This document shows positions 10,402-19,529 of a DNA stretch of 64,000 nucleotides, one piece after another (the stretch's first letter is position 1; every line of letters begins with the position of its first letter). The notes below the pieces were generated by a model. It saw nothing but the letters and a program-made list of their open reading frames with translations. It was not told where the DNA came from and searched no databases. The stretch spans positions 70,441 through 134,440 of the forward strand of contig CAKQYS010000003.1 in the NCBI GenBank assembly GCA_934293375.1, in the 5' to 3' direction. A program made the position numbers and the translations under genes. This stretch comes from an uncultured Lachnospiraceae bacterium (GTDB taxonomy: Bacteria > Bacillota > Clostridia > Lachnospirales > Lachnospiraceae).

Positions 10402-11418
10402 ATGCCAAAAGGAAAGTGTGGAGTCATATATATACTTGTTTGTATATTGGCCATTGGTCTGGTTGCATGTGGAAGTAAAAAAGAAACCGGAGGACAATCA
10501 TTGGAAATCAGTATTCCGTTATATGAGAAACTGGAGTACGCCACTGGGGAAGCAGTTCGTGGAGATCTGCAACCGGAGCTGCAGTTGTCTCTTAGGGAAG
10601 ACAGTTTTCATAGTATCAATTATCAGGTGGATCAGGATGATCTTAAAGTGAAGAAACTATATGTATCATTGGGGGATTGGGTTGAGAAAGGAGATATGCT
10701 TGTTGACTTTGCATCTGATGAAGTGGATAAGTCCATAAAGGAATCCCGGGATGCATTTGAAGAGAATACACTTATGATCGCGCATTATAAAAGGTTAAAT
10801 AAAATTGAGAAAAATCAGCAGAATCTTGACAATATCAAGGATCTGCAGGAACAGAACAGAATTTTGAAAGTGCGTATGCAGGAGTTGCAGTCGCAGTTGT
10901 CAGAGTATCAGATTAAGGCGACGGAATCCGGAAAGATCATAGGGATAGATGAGACATTGGAGTATGGATATGCGACTACAGGACAGACACTGATATCTGA
11001 ATCCTGTGGTTCCGGAAAGTATAGGGCTACGACATCAGATACATATCCATTTGCAATCGGACAGATCTTTACAGCGAAGCTGGGTGTAGCAGAATACAAG
11101 ATGAAGCTGGAGAAAATAGAAGACAGAGAGGATGGACAAAAGGAATTGTTGTTCTGTTCTGTAAGCAGCTTAAAGGGTGTATCGGCAACAGATACATTAT
11201 ATATTACACAGAAAAAGGAACCATTGCAGGATGTGGTTTATGTTCCTGAGAAAGCCGTATTTAAAGCCGGAAATTCATATTATGTATATACAATGGATGA
11301 AGATGGATTCCGAACAGGTGTTAAGGTCAATGTTGGAGACACCGTACAAAATGGGCAGGATGCTGTTGTTGTGATTGTGTCCGGATTGAAAGGCGGAGAG
11401 CAGGTGATGGTAAGATGA
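10402..11418 (+). CDS. Lipoprotein, HlyD/membrane-fusion-protein-like ABC exporter adaptor
   Basis: Lipobox LVACGS. A lipoyl-like half-motif (VSLGDWVEKGDMLVDF), a coiled coil, a second half-motif (IKATESGKIIGI) and then a beta-barrel-like tail. Confidence 0.7.
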   Translation: MPKGKCGVIYILVCILAIGLVACGSKKETGGQSLEISIPLYEKLEYATGEAVRGDLQPELQLSLREDSFHSINYQVDQDDLKVKKLYVSLGDWVEKGDMLVDFASDEVDKSIKESRDAFEENTLMIAHYKRLNKIEKNQQNLDNIKDLQEQNRILKVRMQELQSQLSEYQIKATESGKIIGIDETLEYGYATTGQTLISESCGSGKYRATTSDTYPFAIGQIFTAKLGVAEYKMKLEKIEDREDGQKELLFCSVSSLKGVSATDTLYITQKKEPLQDVVYVPEKAVFKAGNSYYVYTMDEDGFRTGVKVNVGDTVQNGQDAVVVIVSGLKGGEQVMVR

Positions 11419-13598
11419 GAATAAAAAAATACAGATGGCTGTTATATATGATGAGTGGTGTGCTTATGCTGTCAGGTTGTGGTACCGCAAAACAGACACA
11501 GGACATACCGGTGTTAGAGGATCCCGTATTTACCAATGAGGCATATCGCCCGGTGACTTATGGAACAGTTGGAAATTATGGGGAACTGATTGACAGTATG
11601 GGATTAGTTGTGCCGGAGGAACAATGTTATTTTTACACATCAGCGGCTACGATCGATCACATCTATGTGAATATTGGGGATTATGTCAGGTCCGGAACCG
11701 TGTTGGCTAGTGTGAATCTGGAAAATGACAAGAGAGAACTCGAAAATATACAGGACGAGTTGACCTATGAGAATAAAAAATTTCAGGTTCAGGAAGAATT
11801 GCATGATGTGACGGTAAACAATTTACAGAAACAGATTCTGGAGTGTGAAGAGAAAGCGGAGAAGGAGTCATACAAAAAACAGCTTAAGATAGAAAAAGAG
11901 AGCCAAAAGTATGATCGGATCATGCATAAAAGAATAGTCCGCCGAATGAAAGAGGAAATGGCGGAAAAGAAAAAAATCCTGGAAAACGGCACCTTGACTG
12001 CCAGACAGGACGGATATGTGACTTATATCGTGGATATCACATCCTCAGGGGATGTGGAAGCCTCCCAGAATGTTGTAATTGTTTCAGATTATGAACATGC
12101 GAGGATTGAAGATAGTGGACATACTTTGAATGATGCGGAAGTAAAAGATCTGGAAGAAATCTATACTGTTGTCAACGGAAAACGATATGATCTTGCAAGA
12201 TGTCACACAGATGCAGCGGCATTGGCAGCGATGCAGGCGGCAGGCGGATACATTTATACAAGCTTTGATATTCCGGATGGTGTAACAATGCAGATAGGAC
12301 AGAGTTATCCTTTGTATTATGTAGGGGAATCAGTGGATCATGTTCTGGTGGTAGCAAATGATTCCATAAAGACAAGTGGGAATGAAACCTATGTATATGT
12401 GAAGACCAAACAGAGTGATAAAGAAAAGCGGATCATTAAAACGGGTGCATCAGACATGGTATATACAGAAGTTAAGGAAGGCTTGGAGGAAAATGAACTG
12501 GTATATTACAGTCAGCCGGGTATGATTCCGATTCAATATCAATCACAGGAAATTTCTCTTGCATCGTATGCGTGTACCATGATGACACAGATGTGTAAAA
12601 AGGATGATACCCGTGAGTATGCGGCTTATGCTGAAGAAACATATTCTGTGATCGATGTATTAAAGCAGGAAGGAGATACAGTCAAAAAGGGAGAATCTAT
12701 TTTAAAAATTCGCTCTAACGAGGGAAAAGCGGATCTGCTGCAGGTGAAACAGCAACTCAGTCAGGCAAAGGAGAGCTTTGCCAAGGCGACAAAAGAACAT
12801 GATAAGGCAATGAAGCAATTGAAGAAAAAGGGTGATTTATATGCGATACAGAAAGAATCCTTGGAGTATCGTCAGAGCAAAGTGGAATATGATTACACAA
12901 TCTGCAATCTGAAGAAGCAGGAACAAGAGCTGAAACAGTTAAATGATGGAAATGGATATCGATACATCAAGGCAAGAGAAGAAGGTGTTGTCACGAAAAT
13001 GGCTGCGCAAAATGGGGGGATTATACGGGAAGGTGATCTGACATTTGTGATTACATATACGGATGCTTCTTCTAAACGGATTGCCGTGACATTACAGGAT
13101 AACATGGAGGATACCGGAACACAAAAGAGTGCGGCAGTGAATCAAAAGGTCAGCATTTATGCTGGAGACAGCATCTTCGAGGGCCTCTGTGTTGCGTCAG
13201 CACCGGATTATTACAAAGCTTATATTACATATATAAATGGAAAATATCATGTAACAAGATGTATCTGTTCGGAAAATGAAAACAGACAGTCGGTCTTCTA
13301 TGTAGAGACAGAGGATCAGGGGATACTGCAGACAGATAAGATAAATAAGGTATCTTATCAGATCAATTATATGCAGTCTGCATATGTGGTGCCGGTGAAT
13401 TGCGTTTATACTGAGAAAGAGCAAGAGACACAGACGGAGTATGAATATGTATGGAAGCTTGTAGATGGAGAATTAGTGAAACAATATGTTAAAAGCAGCG
13501 TCGATGCAAGGCGATATGATTCCGGTAAGCGGGTTTTGATCTGTGGTGTCAGCGAAGGGGATGTTGTGATTCGGGAAGTAACAGATACCAAAGAGTAA
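11415..13598 (+). CDS. Large lipoprotein with two tandem membrane-fusion-protein-like modules
   Basis: Lipobox LSGCGT. There are two separate lipoyl/coiled-coil/lipoyl units: IDHIYVNIGDYVRSGTVLASV ... LTARQDGYVTYI, and VIDVLKQEGDTVKKGESILKI ... IKAREEGVVTKM. The start overlaps the upstream stop (ATGA). Confidence 0.7.
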   Translation: MRIKKYRWLLYMMSGVLMLSGCGTAKQTQDIPVLEDPVFTNEAYRPVTYGTVGNYGELIDSMGLVVPEEQCYFYTSAATIDHIYVNIGDYVRSGTVLASVNLENDKRELENIQDELTYENKKFQVQEELHDVTVNNLQKQILECEEKAEKESYKKQLKIEKESQKYDRIMHKRIVRRMKEEMAEKKKILENGTLTARQDGYVTYIVDITSSGDVEASQNVVIVSDYEHARIEDSGHTLNDAEVKDLEEIYTVVNGKRYDLARCHTDAAALAAMQAAGGYIYTSFDIPDGVTMQIGQSYPLYYVGESVDHVLVVANDSIKTSGNETYVYVKTKQSDKEKRIIKTGASDMVYTEVKEGLEENELVYYSQPGMIPIQYQSQEISLASYACTMMTQMCKKDDTREYAAYAEETYSVIDVLKQEGDTVKKGESILKIRSNEGKADLLQVKQQLSQAKESFAKATKEHDKAMKQLKKKGDLYAIQKESLEYRQSKVEYDYTICNLKKQEQELKQLNDGNGYRYIKAREEGVVTKMAAQNGGIIREGDLTFVITYTDASSKRIAVTLQDNMEDTGTQKSAAVNQKVSIYAGDSIFEGLCVASAPDYYKAYITYINGKYHVTRCICSENENRQSVFYVETEDQGILQTDKINKVSYQINYMQSAYVVPVNCVYTEKEQETQTEYEYVWKLVDGELVKQYVKSSVDARRYDSGKRVLICGVSEGDVVIREVTDTKE

Positions 13599-13610
13599 GG
13601 AGGCAGCAGG

Positions 13611-16391
13611 ATGATTCGATATATAAAGAGTAAATTGAGAAGCAAAAAATGGCTGAATGCAAGCCTGTTATTGGGCATTATCTTGTTTATTTCAGTGGTA
13701 GCCTGTTATCCGATGTTTTCTGCCGGTTCCCGGAATAAATTGTTGGAGACTGCATTTTATGAACAGATTGAGAATGATAATGTGTACCCGGCTATTATCC
13801 AAAGAGAGGGTAGTTATAAGCTGGATACGGGCAGGAATCTGAGAGAATATCAGGAACAGGTGGAGGCTGCGGCAGAGAAGGTGAGAGCGCGTCTGGGCAT
13901 AAAAGGGAAACAGACACAGAGTATTTATAAACTCAATGGGACTGTTGCAAATGCATCCTATGGTGCTGAAAATTTGTATTTTGATGTCGCTTATATGCCG
14001 GAAATGGAAGCTCACATTAATATTGTAAAGGGTACGAGCCTGCAGGAAGCCCAGACGGTGGAAGGTGTGATACCATGTCTGCTGACAACCAAACAGATGG
14101 ATGATTATGAGCTGACATGCGGAGAGATACTGGAGTTTAAAAATGTGGGAGGGCGCTTTGATCGAACACTAAAATTGCAGATCATAGGTATTTTTGAAGA
14201 GGGAGATGTACATGATATTTTCTGGAGCCGTCGTGTGACAGAAATGGAGAAAATGTTGTTTGTTTCACAGGATGATTTTTGCGAATTGATGCAGCGGGAG
14301 GATTTTACGGAGCTTGCATTCTATCAAGCACAGATGTTGGATTATCAGCAGATTACCTATAAAAACGCAATGCATATTCATAATGTCCTGCAGCAGGAAA
14401 TCAAACAGGATAAGCTGTTATCCAGCAATTTTGACGGGATTATGTCTGCATATAAAAATGATGCGGCAACGGTATCTGTATTGTTATGGGTGCTGTCATT
14501 GCCAATGCTGCTGCTCCTTTTGTCATTTATTTATATGGTATCCGGTCAGATTCTGCAGACAGAGACGGACGAGATTGCAATGATGAAGAGCCGTGGTATC
14601 AGCAGATTGGAGATCATCTGGCTGTATGTGGAACAATTCTCCATTTTATCAGCCGTTGGTCTTGTAGTTGGGATTCCTCTCGGTCTTTTGCTGTGTAAGC
14701 TGGCAGCGTGTACAGAATCATTTCTTGTATTCGGATGGAAGGACACAGGAGGATACCGGTTTGTGGGGAGCACTGTGATCTATTCGCTGGTGGCAGCATT
14801 GGTTGGAATTCTGTGTATGATCATTCCGGTGATCGGGTATTCCAGACTTTCCATTGTCCAGCAGAAGAGCCAGGATAAGAAACAGAAGCAGACACAGTTC
14901 TGGGAGAAATATTATGTTGATCTTATCCTGTTGGGCATATCTGTTTATTTATTCTACAATTATAATCGCCAGCAGGATGTGATCAGTCTGAATATGTTAA
15001 AGGGGGAACCGCTGGATCCTATGATCTTTATCAATGTGTCCTTATTTATGCTGGCATGGGGATTGTTTATGCTGCGTCTGATTCATTGGATTGTTACATT
15101 GATCTATAAAATGGGTGGAAACAGATGGAGCCCGGCATTGTATGCCTCTTTCTTACAGATTACCAGAACATTTGCAAAACAGGGGTTCATCTCCATATTT
15201 TTGGTTATGACGATTGCAATGGGAATATTTAATTCCAATATGGTGCGAAGTATCAACGAAAATGCTGCACAGAGAGTTGCGTACAATGTAGGTGCGGATC
15301 TGGTTTACGGGGAACACTGGATATCAAAAACATATAGACCGGAGCGTGGTGTTGTTATCAGTATGTATGAGGAGCCGGATTATCAACGGTATGCCGGACT
15401 TAAGGAGCAGGGCATTTGTGAAAGCATGACAAGAGTGATAGAAGATGATAAAGCGCAGGTTAAGATCCATGGAAAACAGGTAGACCGGGTGAAACTGCAG
15501 GCGATCTGGACAAAGGAATTTGGGGAGACAGCCGATATGCAGGATGGATTGAATGATACGCATTGGTACAATACATTAAATACATTGGCAAATGTGACAA
15601 ATGGTGTGGTGATTTCCAAAAACCTAGCAGAAGAGTACAGCCTGAAGAAAAATGACATGATTTATGTTAAGGACAGTTCTCTGACAGTTGTGGCAATCGT
15701 GGATGCATGGCCGGGGTATCAGAATACCGGCTACACGACCGAGGAAGGTGCTTTCGCAGAGAAACAACAGTATCTCATGGTATGCAACTATGCTTATGCG
15801 ATTACAGCCTTTGGACAGCAGCCGTATTACATTTATATGAAGCTGGCGAAGGGGCATTCTGCGGATGAAGTCCGTGATTATGTTGATGCAAAGAACATGC
15901 AAATCGAAAAATTTGAAAGCAAGACACAGAAGCTTGAGGATATGAAATCTTCTCCGATTATGCAGATCACAAATGGTATGTATACCTTGAGTTTTATGAT
16001 TGCAATCGTACTCTGCCTGACAGGCTTTTTGTTGTACTGGATCACATCCATCAGACAGCGGGAGTTGATGTTTGGTATTTATCGTGCAATGGGGATGAGC
16101 ATGCGGGAGATCAATGCGATGCTGGTAAACGAACAGATCTTCAGTTCGGTACTGGCTGTGGCCGGAGGTGCCGGTGTAGGGGTGTCAGCTACGATTTTAT
16201 TTGTAAAAATTGTTGCACTGGTGTATCTGCCTCAAAGACATAATATTCCGATTACGGTGTATTCAAATATGTGGGATATGATCCGGCTTGCCGGTGTGGT
16301 TGTAATTATGTTTGCCGTATGTTTGATCGTGCTTCGTCTGCTTCTTAAGAATATGAAGATTGCGCAGGCATTGAAGTTAGGTGAAGATTAA
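13611..16391 (+). CDS. ABC transporter permease, FtsX/MacB-type, 926 aa
   Basis: Two clusters of TM helices are separated by large extracytoplasmic domains. The layout is typical of an FtsX-domain permease, and the gene lies between the adaptors and the ATPases. Confidence 0.8.
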   Translation: MIRYIKSKLRSKKWLNASLLLGIILFISVVACYPMFSAGSRNKLLETAFYEQIENDNVYPAIIQREGSYKLDTGRNLREYQEQVEAAAEKVRARLGIKGKQTQSIYKLNGTVANASYGAENLYFDVAYMPEMEAHINIVKGTSLQEAQTVEGVIPCLLTTKQMDDYELTCGEILEFKNVGGRFDRTLKLQIIGIFEEGDVHDIFWSRRVTEMEKMLFVSQDDFCELMQREDFTELAFYQAQMLDYQQITYKNAMHIHNVLQQEIKQDKLLSSNFDGIMSAYKNDAATVSVLLWVLSLPMLLLLLSFIYMVSGQILQTETDEIAMMKSRGISRLEIIWLYVEQFSILSAVGLVVGIPLGLLLCKLAACTESFLVFGWKDTGGYRFVGSTVIYSLVAALVGILCMIIPVIGYSRLSIVQQKSQDKKQKQTQFWEKYYVDLILLGISVYLFYNYNRQQDVISLNMLKGEPLDPMIFINVSLFMLAWGLFMLRLIHWIVTLIYKMGGNRWSPALYASFLQITRTFAKQGFISIFLVMTIAMGIFNSNMVRSINENAAQRVAYNVGADLVYGEHWISKTYRPERGVVISMYEEPDYQRYAGLKEQGICESMTRVIEDDKAQVKIHGKQVDRVKLQAIWTKEFGETADMQDGLNDTHWYNTLNTLANVTNGVVISKNLAEEYSLKKNDMIYVKDSSLTVVAIVDAWPGYQNTGYTTEEGAFAEKQQYLMVCNYAYAITAFGQQPYYIYMKLAKGHSADEVRDYVDAKNMQIEKFESKTQKLEDMKSSPIMQITNGMYTLSFMIAIVLCLTGFLLYWITSIRQRELMFGIYRAMGMSMREINAMLVNEQIFSSVLAVAGGAGVGVSATILFVKIVALVYLPQRHNIPITVYSNMWDMIRLAGVVVIMFAVCLIVLRLLLKNMKIAQALKLGED

Positions 16392-16402
16392 GGAGGGATC
16401 CA

Positions 16403-17095
16403 ATGAATAATATAATGACAGTAAAGAATGTAATAAAAAGATTCCCTCTTGGTGGGGGGCAGGAATTTGAAGCTCTGCATGGTGTAGATATGGAAGTGCC
16501 ACAGGGAAAACTTACAATACTGAAGGGGCGTTCCGGTTCCGGCAAGACAACCTTGCTGAATATTCTGAGTGCGTTAGATGATGCTACATCCGGTGAGGTG
16601 CTTTTTGAAGACCGGGCATATCACACGATGTCAGAGCAGGAAAAAGAACTGCAAAGGCGTCATCATATTGGTTTCATATTTCAGTCTGTGGCGTTGATCC
16701 CGATCATGTCAGCTTATGAGAATGTTGATTTTGGTCTGCGTCTGGCAGGATATCAGGGTGATCGGAAATCAAGGATCACGGAAGTGATGCAAATGATGAA
16801 AATGGAAGACAGAATGATGCATATGCCAAATCAGATGTCCGGTGGGGAACAGCAGCGCATTGCGATTGCAAGAGCAGTTGCCCACAAACCAAAGATCATA
16901 TTTGCCGATGAGCCGACAGGTGCATTGGATACGATGTCCGGTATCCGGGTGATCAATCTGTTTCGGGAATTGATCGAGCAGGAGAATATCACGATCGTGA
17001 TGACAACACATGATCCTGCGATGATGGCATATGGGGATGTGGTGTATGAGATGCAGGATGGATTACTGTCAAGGTGTGGGGAGGTGATAGAATGA
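16403..17095 (+). CDS. ABC transporter ATP-binding protein (MacB/LolD-like)
   Basis: Walker A GRSGSGKTT, signature MSGGEQQR, Walker B IIFADEPT. Confidence 0.9.
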   Translation: MNNIMTVKNVIKRFPLGGGQEFEALHGVDMEVPQGKLTILKGRSGSGKTTLLNILSALDDATSGEVLFEDRAYHTMSEQEKELQRRHHIGFIFQSVALIPIMSAYENVDFGLRLAGYQGDRKSRITEVMQMMKMEDRMMHMPNQMSGGEQQRIAIARAVAHKPKIIFADEPTGALDTMSGIRVINLFRELIEQENITIVMTTHDPAMMAYGDVVYEMQDGLLSRCGEVIE

Positions 17096-18060
17096 AGCTG
17101 TTACATAAACATTCCGGATCACAGAAGATTTCTGATAGGGTGCGTACAAAACAACAGACCGATATGCAGGAAGCACATACAGACAGTCTGATTTCCTGCG
17201 AGGGACTGGTCAAGATCTACAAAACGGATGAAGTGGAGGTCATGGCCTTACAGGGTCTGGAGCTTGAGGTAAAATCGGGCGAGTTGATGGCGATCATAGG
17301 TAAGTCAGGAAGTGGAAAATCTACATTGCTGAATATGCTTGGCGGATTGGAGAAACCATCAGCCGGGAAACTATTTGTCGATGACAGAAATCTTTTTACA
17401 ATGACGGAAAAGGAGCTGGTGGACTATCGAAAGCATATGGTTGGATTTGTATGGCAAAAGAGTGCAAGAAACCTGTTTTCCTATATGACGGTTCTTGAAA
17501 ATATTATGGCACCGATGTATGACCGGGATCAGAAATATTGCCGTGAGCGTGCAGAAATGTTGCTTGAAAAGGTAGGATTGACACATAAGGCAGACCGTTT
17601 TCCGGATCAGATGTCCGGCGGAGAACAGCAGCGTGCAGCCATTGCTGTTGCATTGGCGAACGATCCGAAGATCCTGCTTGCGGATGAGCCGACCGGGGCG
17701 GTGGATTCTAAGACATCTAATATGATCCAGAACCTGTTCCGGAAACTGAATGAGGAGCTTGGGATCACAATCATCATTGTAACACATGATATCAGTCTGG
17801 CAAATAAGGTGAACCGCGTAGTTATGATTTCAGATGGTAAGATCGGAACGGAGAAAATTATGAAGGCGTCCTACCGGGATCGGATGGGGGAATTATCCAG
17901 CGAACATTTTTCTGCGGAGGATTCGCATGATGAGTATTCTATTCTGGACAAGGCGGGGCGTGTGCAGTTAAATGAGGACATTCTTGCGGCAGCAGGCATT
18001 CACAGCAATAAGGTTAGGATAAAGATTGAAAATGGTAATGTGGTGATATCAAAAGAATAA
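17092..18060 (+). CDS. Second ABC transporter ATP-binding protein with a C-terminal extension of about 90 aa
   Basis: ATGA overlap with the upstream gene. Walker A GKSGSGKST, signature MSGGEQQR, Walker B ILLADEPT. The extra tail ends in ILDKAGRVQLNEDILAAAGIHSNKVRIKIENGNVVISK. Confidence 0.9.
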   Translation: MKLLHKHSGSQKISDRVRTKQQTDMQEAHTDSLISCEGLVKIYKTDEVEVMALQGLELEVKSGELMAIIGKSGSGKSTLLNMLGGLEKPSAGKLFVDDRNLFTMTEKELVDYRKHMVGFVWQKSARNLFSYMTVLENIMAPMYDRDQKYCRERAEMLLEKVGLTHKADRFPDQMSGGEQQRAAIAVALANDPKILLADEPTGAVDSKTSNMIQNLFRKLNEELGITIIIVTHDISLANKVNRVVMISDGKIGTEKIMKASYRDRMGELSSEHFSAEDSHDEYSILDKAGRVQLNEDILAAAGIHSNKVRIKIENGNVVISKE

Positions 18061-18084
18061 AGATGTAAACCATCCGGAGATAGA

Positions 18085-18531
18085 TCATTCCTGTGTTGAG
18101 GAACGGACCTGTCTCCGGTATTTCATTCTCGCAATCTCTATAATTTCCTCTTTGTCTAAACCTTCCAGCTGTTCATAATAAAATAGTAATTGTAATTCAT
18201 AGTAATCCAGAACAGATCGTTTTTCAGATTTGGATTCCTGTTCAATAAAATTCATATATGCATCCATATTTACTGCATCAATAAACATGCTGTGATCCTG
18301 ATAACTTTCTGCAGTTTCACCGGTAATGGCAGGAGAAAGTAATTCTGCAATGCTTATATGATAGAATTCTGCAATTTTGATTGCAAGGTCGGCATCCGGT
18401 GTGCGTTTCCCTGTTTCATAATTGGAATAAGTCTGTCGGGCAATTCCAATTGCTTCTGCAATATCAATCTGATTATAATTATGGGATTTGCGCAGTAATC
18501 TCAGTTTTTCTGCAAAAGAAGATGCATTCAT
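18085..18531 (-). CDS. XRE-family HTH transcriptional regulator
   Basis: N-terminal Cro/C1-type HTH (LRKSHNYNQIDIAEAIGIARQTYSNYETGKRTP) plus a C-terminal domain of about 80 aa. Confidence 0.8.
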   Translation of the reverse strand: MNASSFAEKLRLLRKSHNYNQIDIAEAIGIARQTYSNYETGKRTPDADLAIKIAEFYHISIAELLSPAITGETAESYQDHSMFIDAVNMDAYMNFIEQESKSEKRSVLDYYELQLLFYYEQLEGLDKEEIIEIARMKYRRQVRSSTQE

Positions 18532-18730
18532 AACATTTCGTCTCCTGATCTTTTATAGCTACATTTTAAAATAGATACTATGTAAATTGTAAACATAAGG
18601 TGTTTTCTGTGTGCTATAAATAATGACAAAATAATAACTGAAATGCATAAACCCGATGACATAGCGGCTGGTATGCCACATTAAATAACATTATTTGTGG
18701 AAAAAATATAATTATGCCTGAAAAAAATAC

Positions 18731-18759
18731 TTGACAAGATATGAACATGTGAATATACT
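18731..18759 (+). promoter_or_regulatory. Putative sigma-A promoter of the arsR-HMA-cadA operon
   Basis: TTGACA - 17 nt - TATACT. Confidence 0.7.
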
Positions 18760-18784
18760 TACATATGAAGAGATGTTCATATGA
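18739..18784. promoter_or_regulatory. Candidate ArsR/SmtB operator (TATGAACAT / ATGTTCATA inverted repeats)
   Basis: ATATGAACAT (18739-18748, inside the promoter spacer) is the reverse complement of ATGTTCATAT (18773-18782). A nested pair CATATGAA / TTCATATG lies at 18762-18784. Confidence 0.55.
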
Positions 18785-18829
18785 ATAAACATTATGTCGT
18801 CTATCTATTTCATAGAAAGGGGTGTGCAT

Positions 18830-19192
18830 ATGGCAGAGAAAAAGGAAGAAAGTGTCAGTGAATTTTTAGCAGCACATGAAGATGTTGTGAAACGCGTATT
18901 GGAGACACAACCTGCAGAAGAGGAGCTTTATGAATTGGCGGAGATCTTTAAGGTTTTTGGAGATTCAACCAGAATCCGGATTTTGTATGCATTGATCGAG
19001 AGTGATCTTTGTGTCGGAGATATTGCACAGCTGTTGAATCTGACGCAGTCAGCAGTAAGTCATCAGCTTAAGATTTTGAAAGATGCGAAGCTTGTAAGAT
19101 TCAGGCGTGAAGGAAAGATTATTATTTATGCATTAGATGATGATCATGTGAGAAATATTTTAAATATGGGTATGGAACATATTGAAGAGTGA
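18830..19192 (+). CDS. ArsR/SmtB-family metal-responsive repressor
   Basis: Winged HTH ELCVGDIAQLLNLTQSAVSHQLKILKDAKLV and FKVFGDSTRIRILYAL. It is the first gene of the metal efflux operon. Confidence 0.85.
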   Translation: MAEKKEESVSEFLAAHEDVVKRVLETQPAEEELYELAEIFKVFGDSTRIRILYALIESDLCVGDIAQLLNLTQSAVSHQLKILKDAKLVRFRREGKIIIYALDDDHVRNILNMGMEHIEE

Positions 19193-19255
19193 TGACGGAA
19201 TGTGCCGGTTTTTATGAAGCTGTGGAAATAATAAAAGAAAGCGAGGAATGTAATT

Positions 19256-19474
19256 ATGAAGAAGACTTATGGTGTAGAGGTTGATTGTGCAAATTGTGCA
19301 GCAAAGATGGAGGACGCAGTTAAGAATACTGCAGGTGTGAAGGATGCCAGTCTGAGTTTTATGACATTGAAGCTGAAGGTAGAATTTGAGGACGGTGCAG
19401 ATGTAGATGCTGTTATGAAGGAAGCATATGCAAACTGTAAGAAGGTTGAGGATGATTGCGAAATTTTTTTATAA
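19256..19474 (+). CDS. Stand-alone heavy-metal-associated (HMA) domain protein
   Basis: 72 aa with a CxxC metal motif (VDCANCAAKME) in a ferredoxin-like pattern, located just upstream of the P-type ATPase. Confidence 0.75.
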   Translation: MKKTYGVEVDCANCAAKMEDAVKNTAGVKDASLSFMTLKLKVEFEDGADVDAVMKEAYANCKKVEDDCEIFL

Positions 19475-19529
19475 GTGAACCGAAGAACTTCGTTTTGTAT
19501 GGAAGTGTGAAGTAGAAGAGGTGAGGCGT

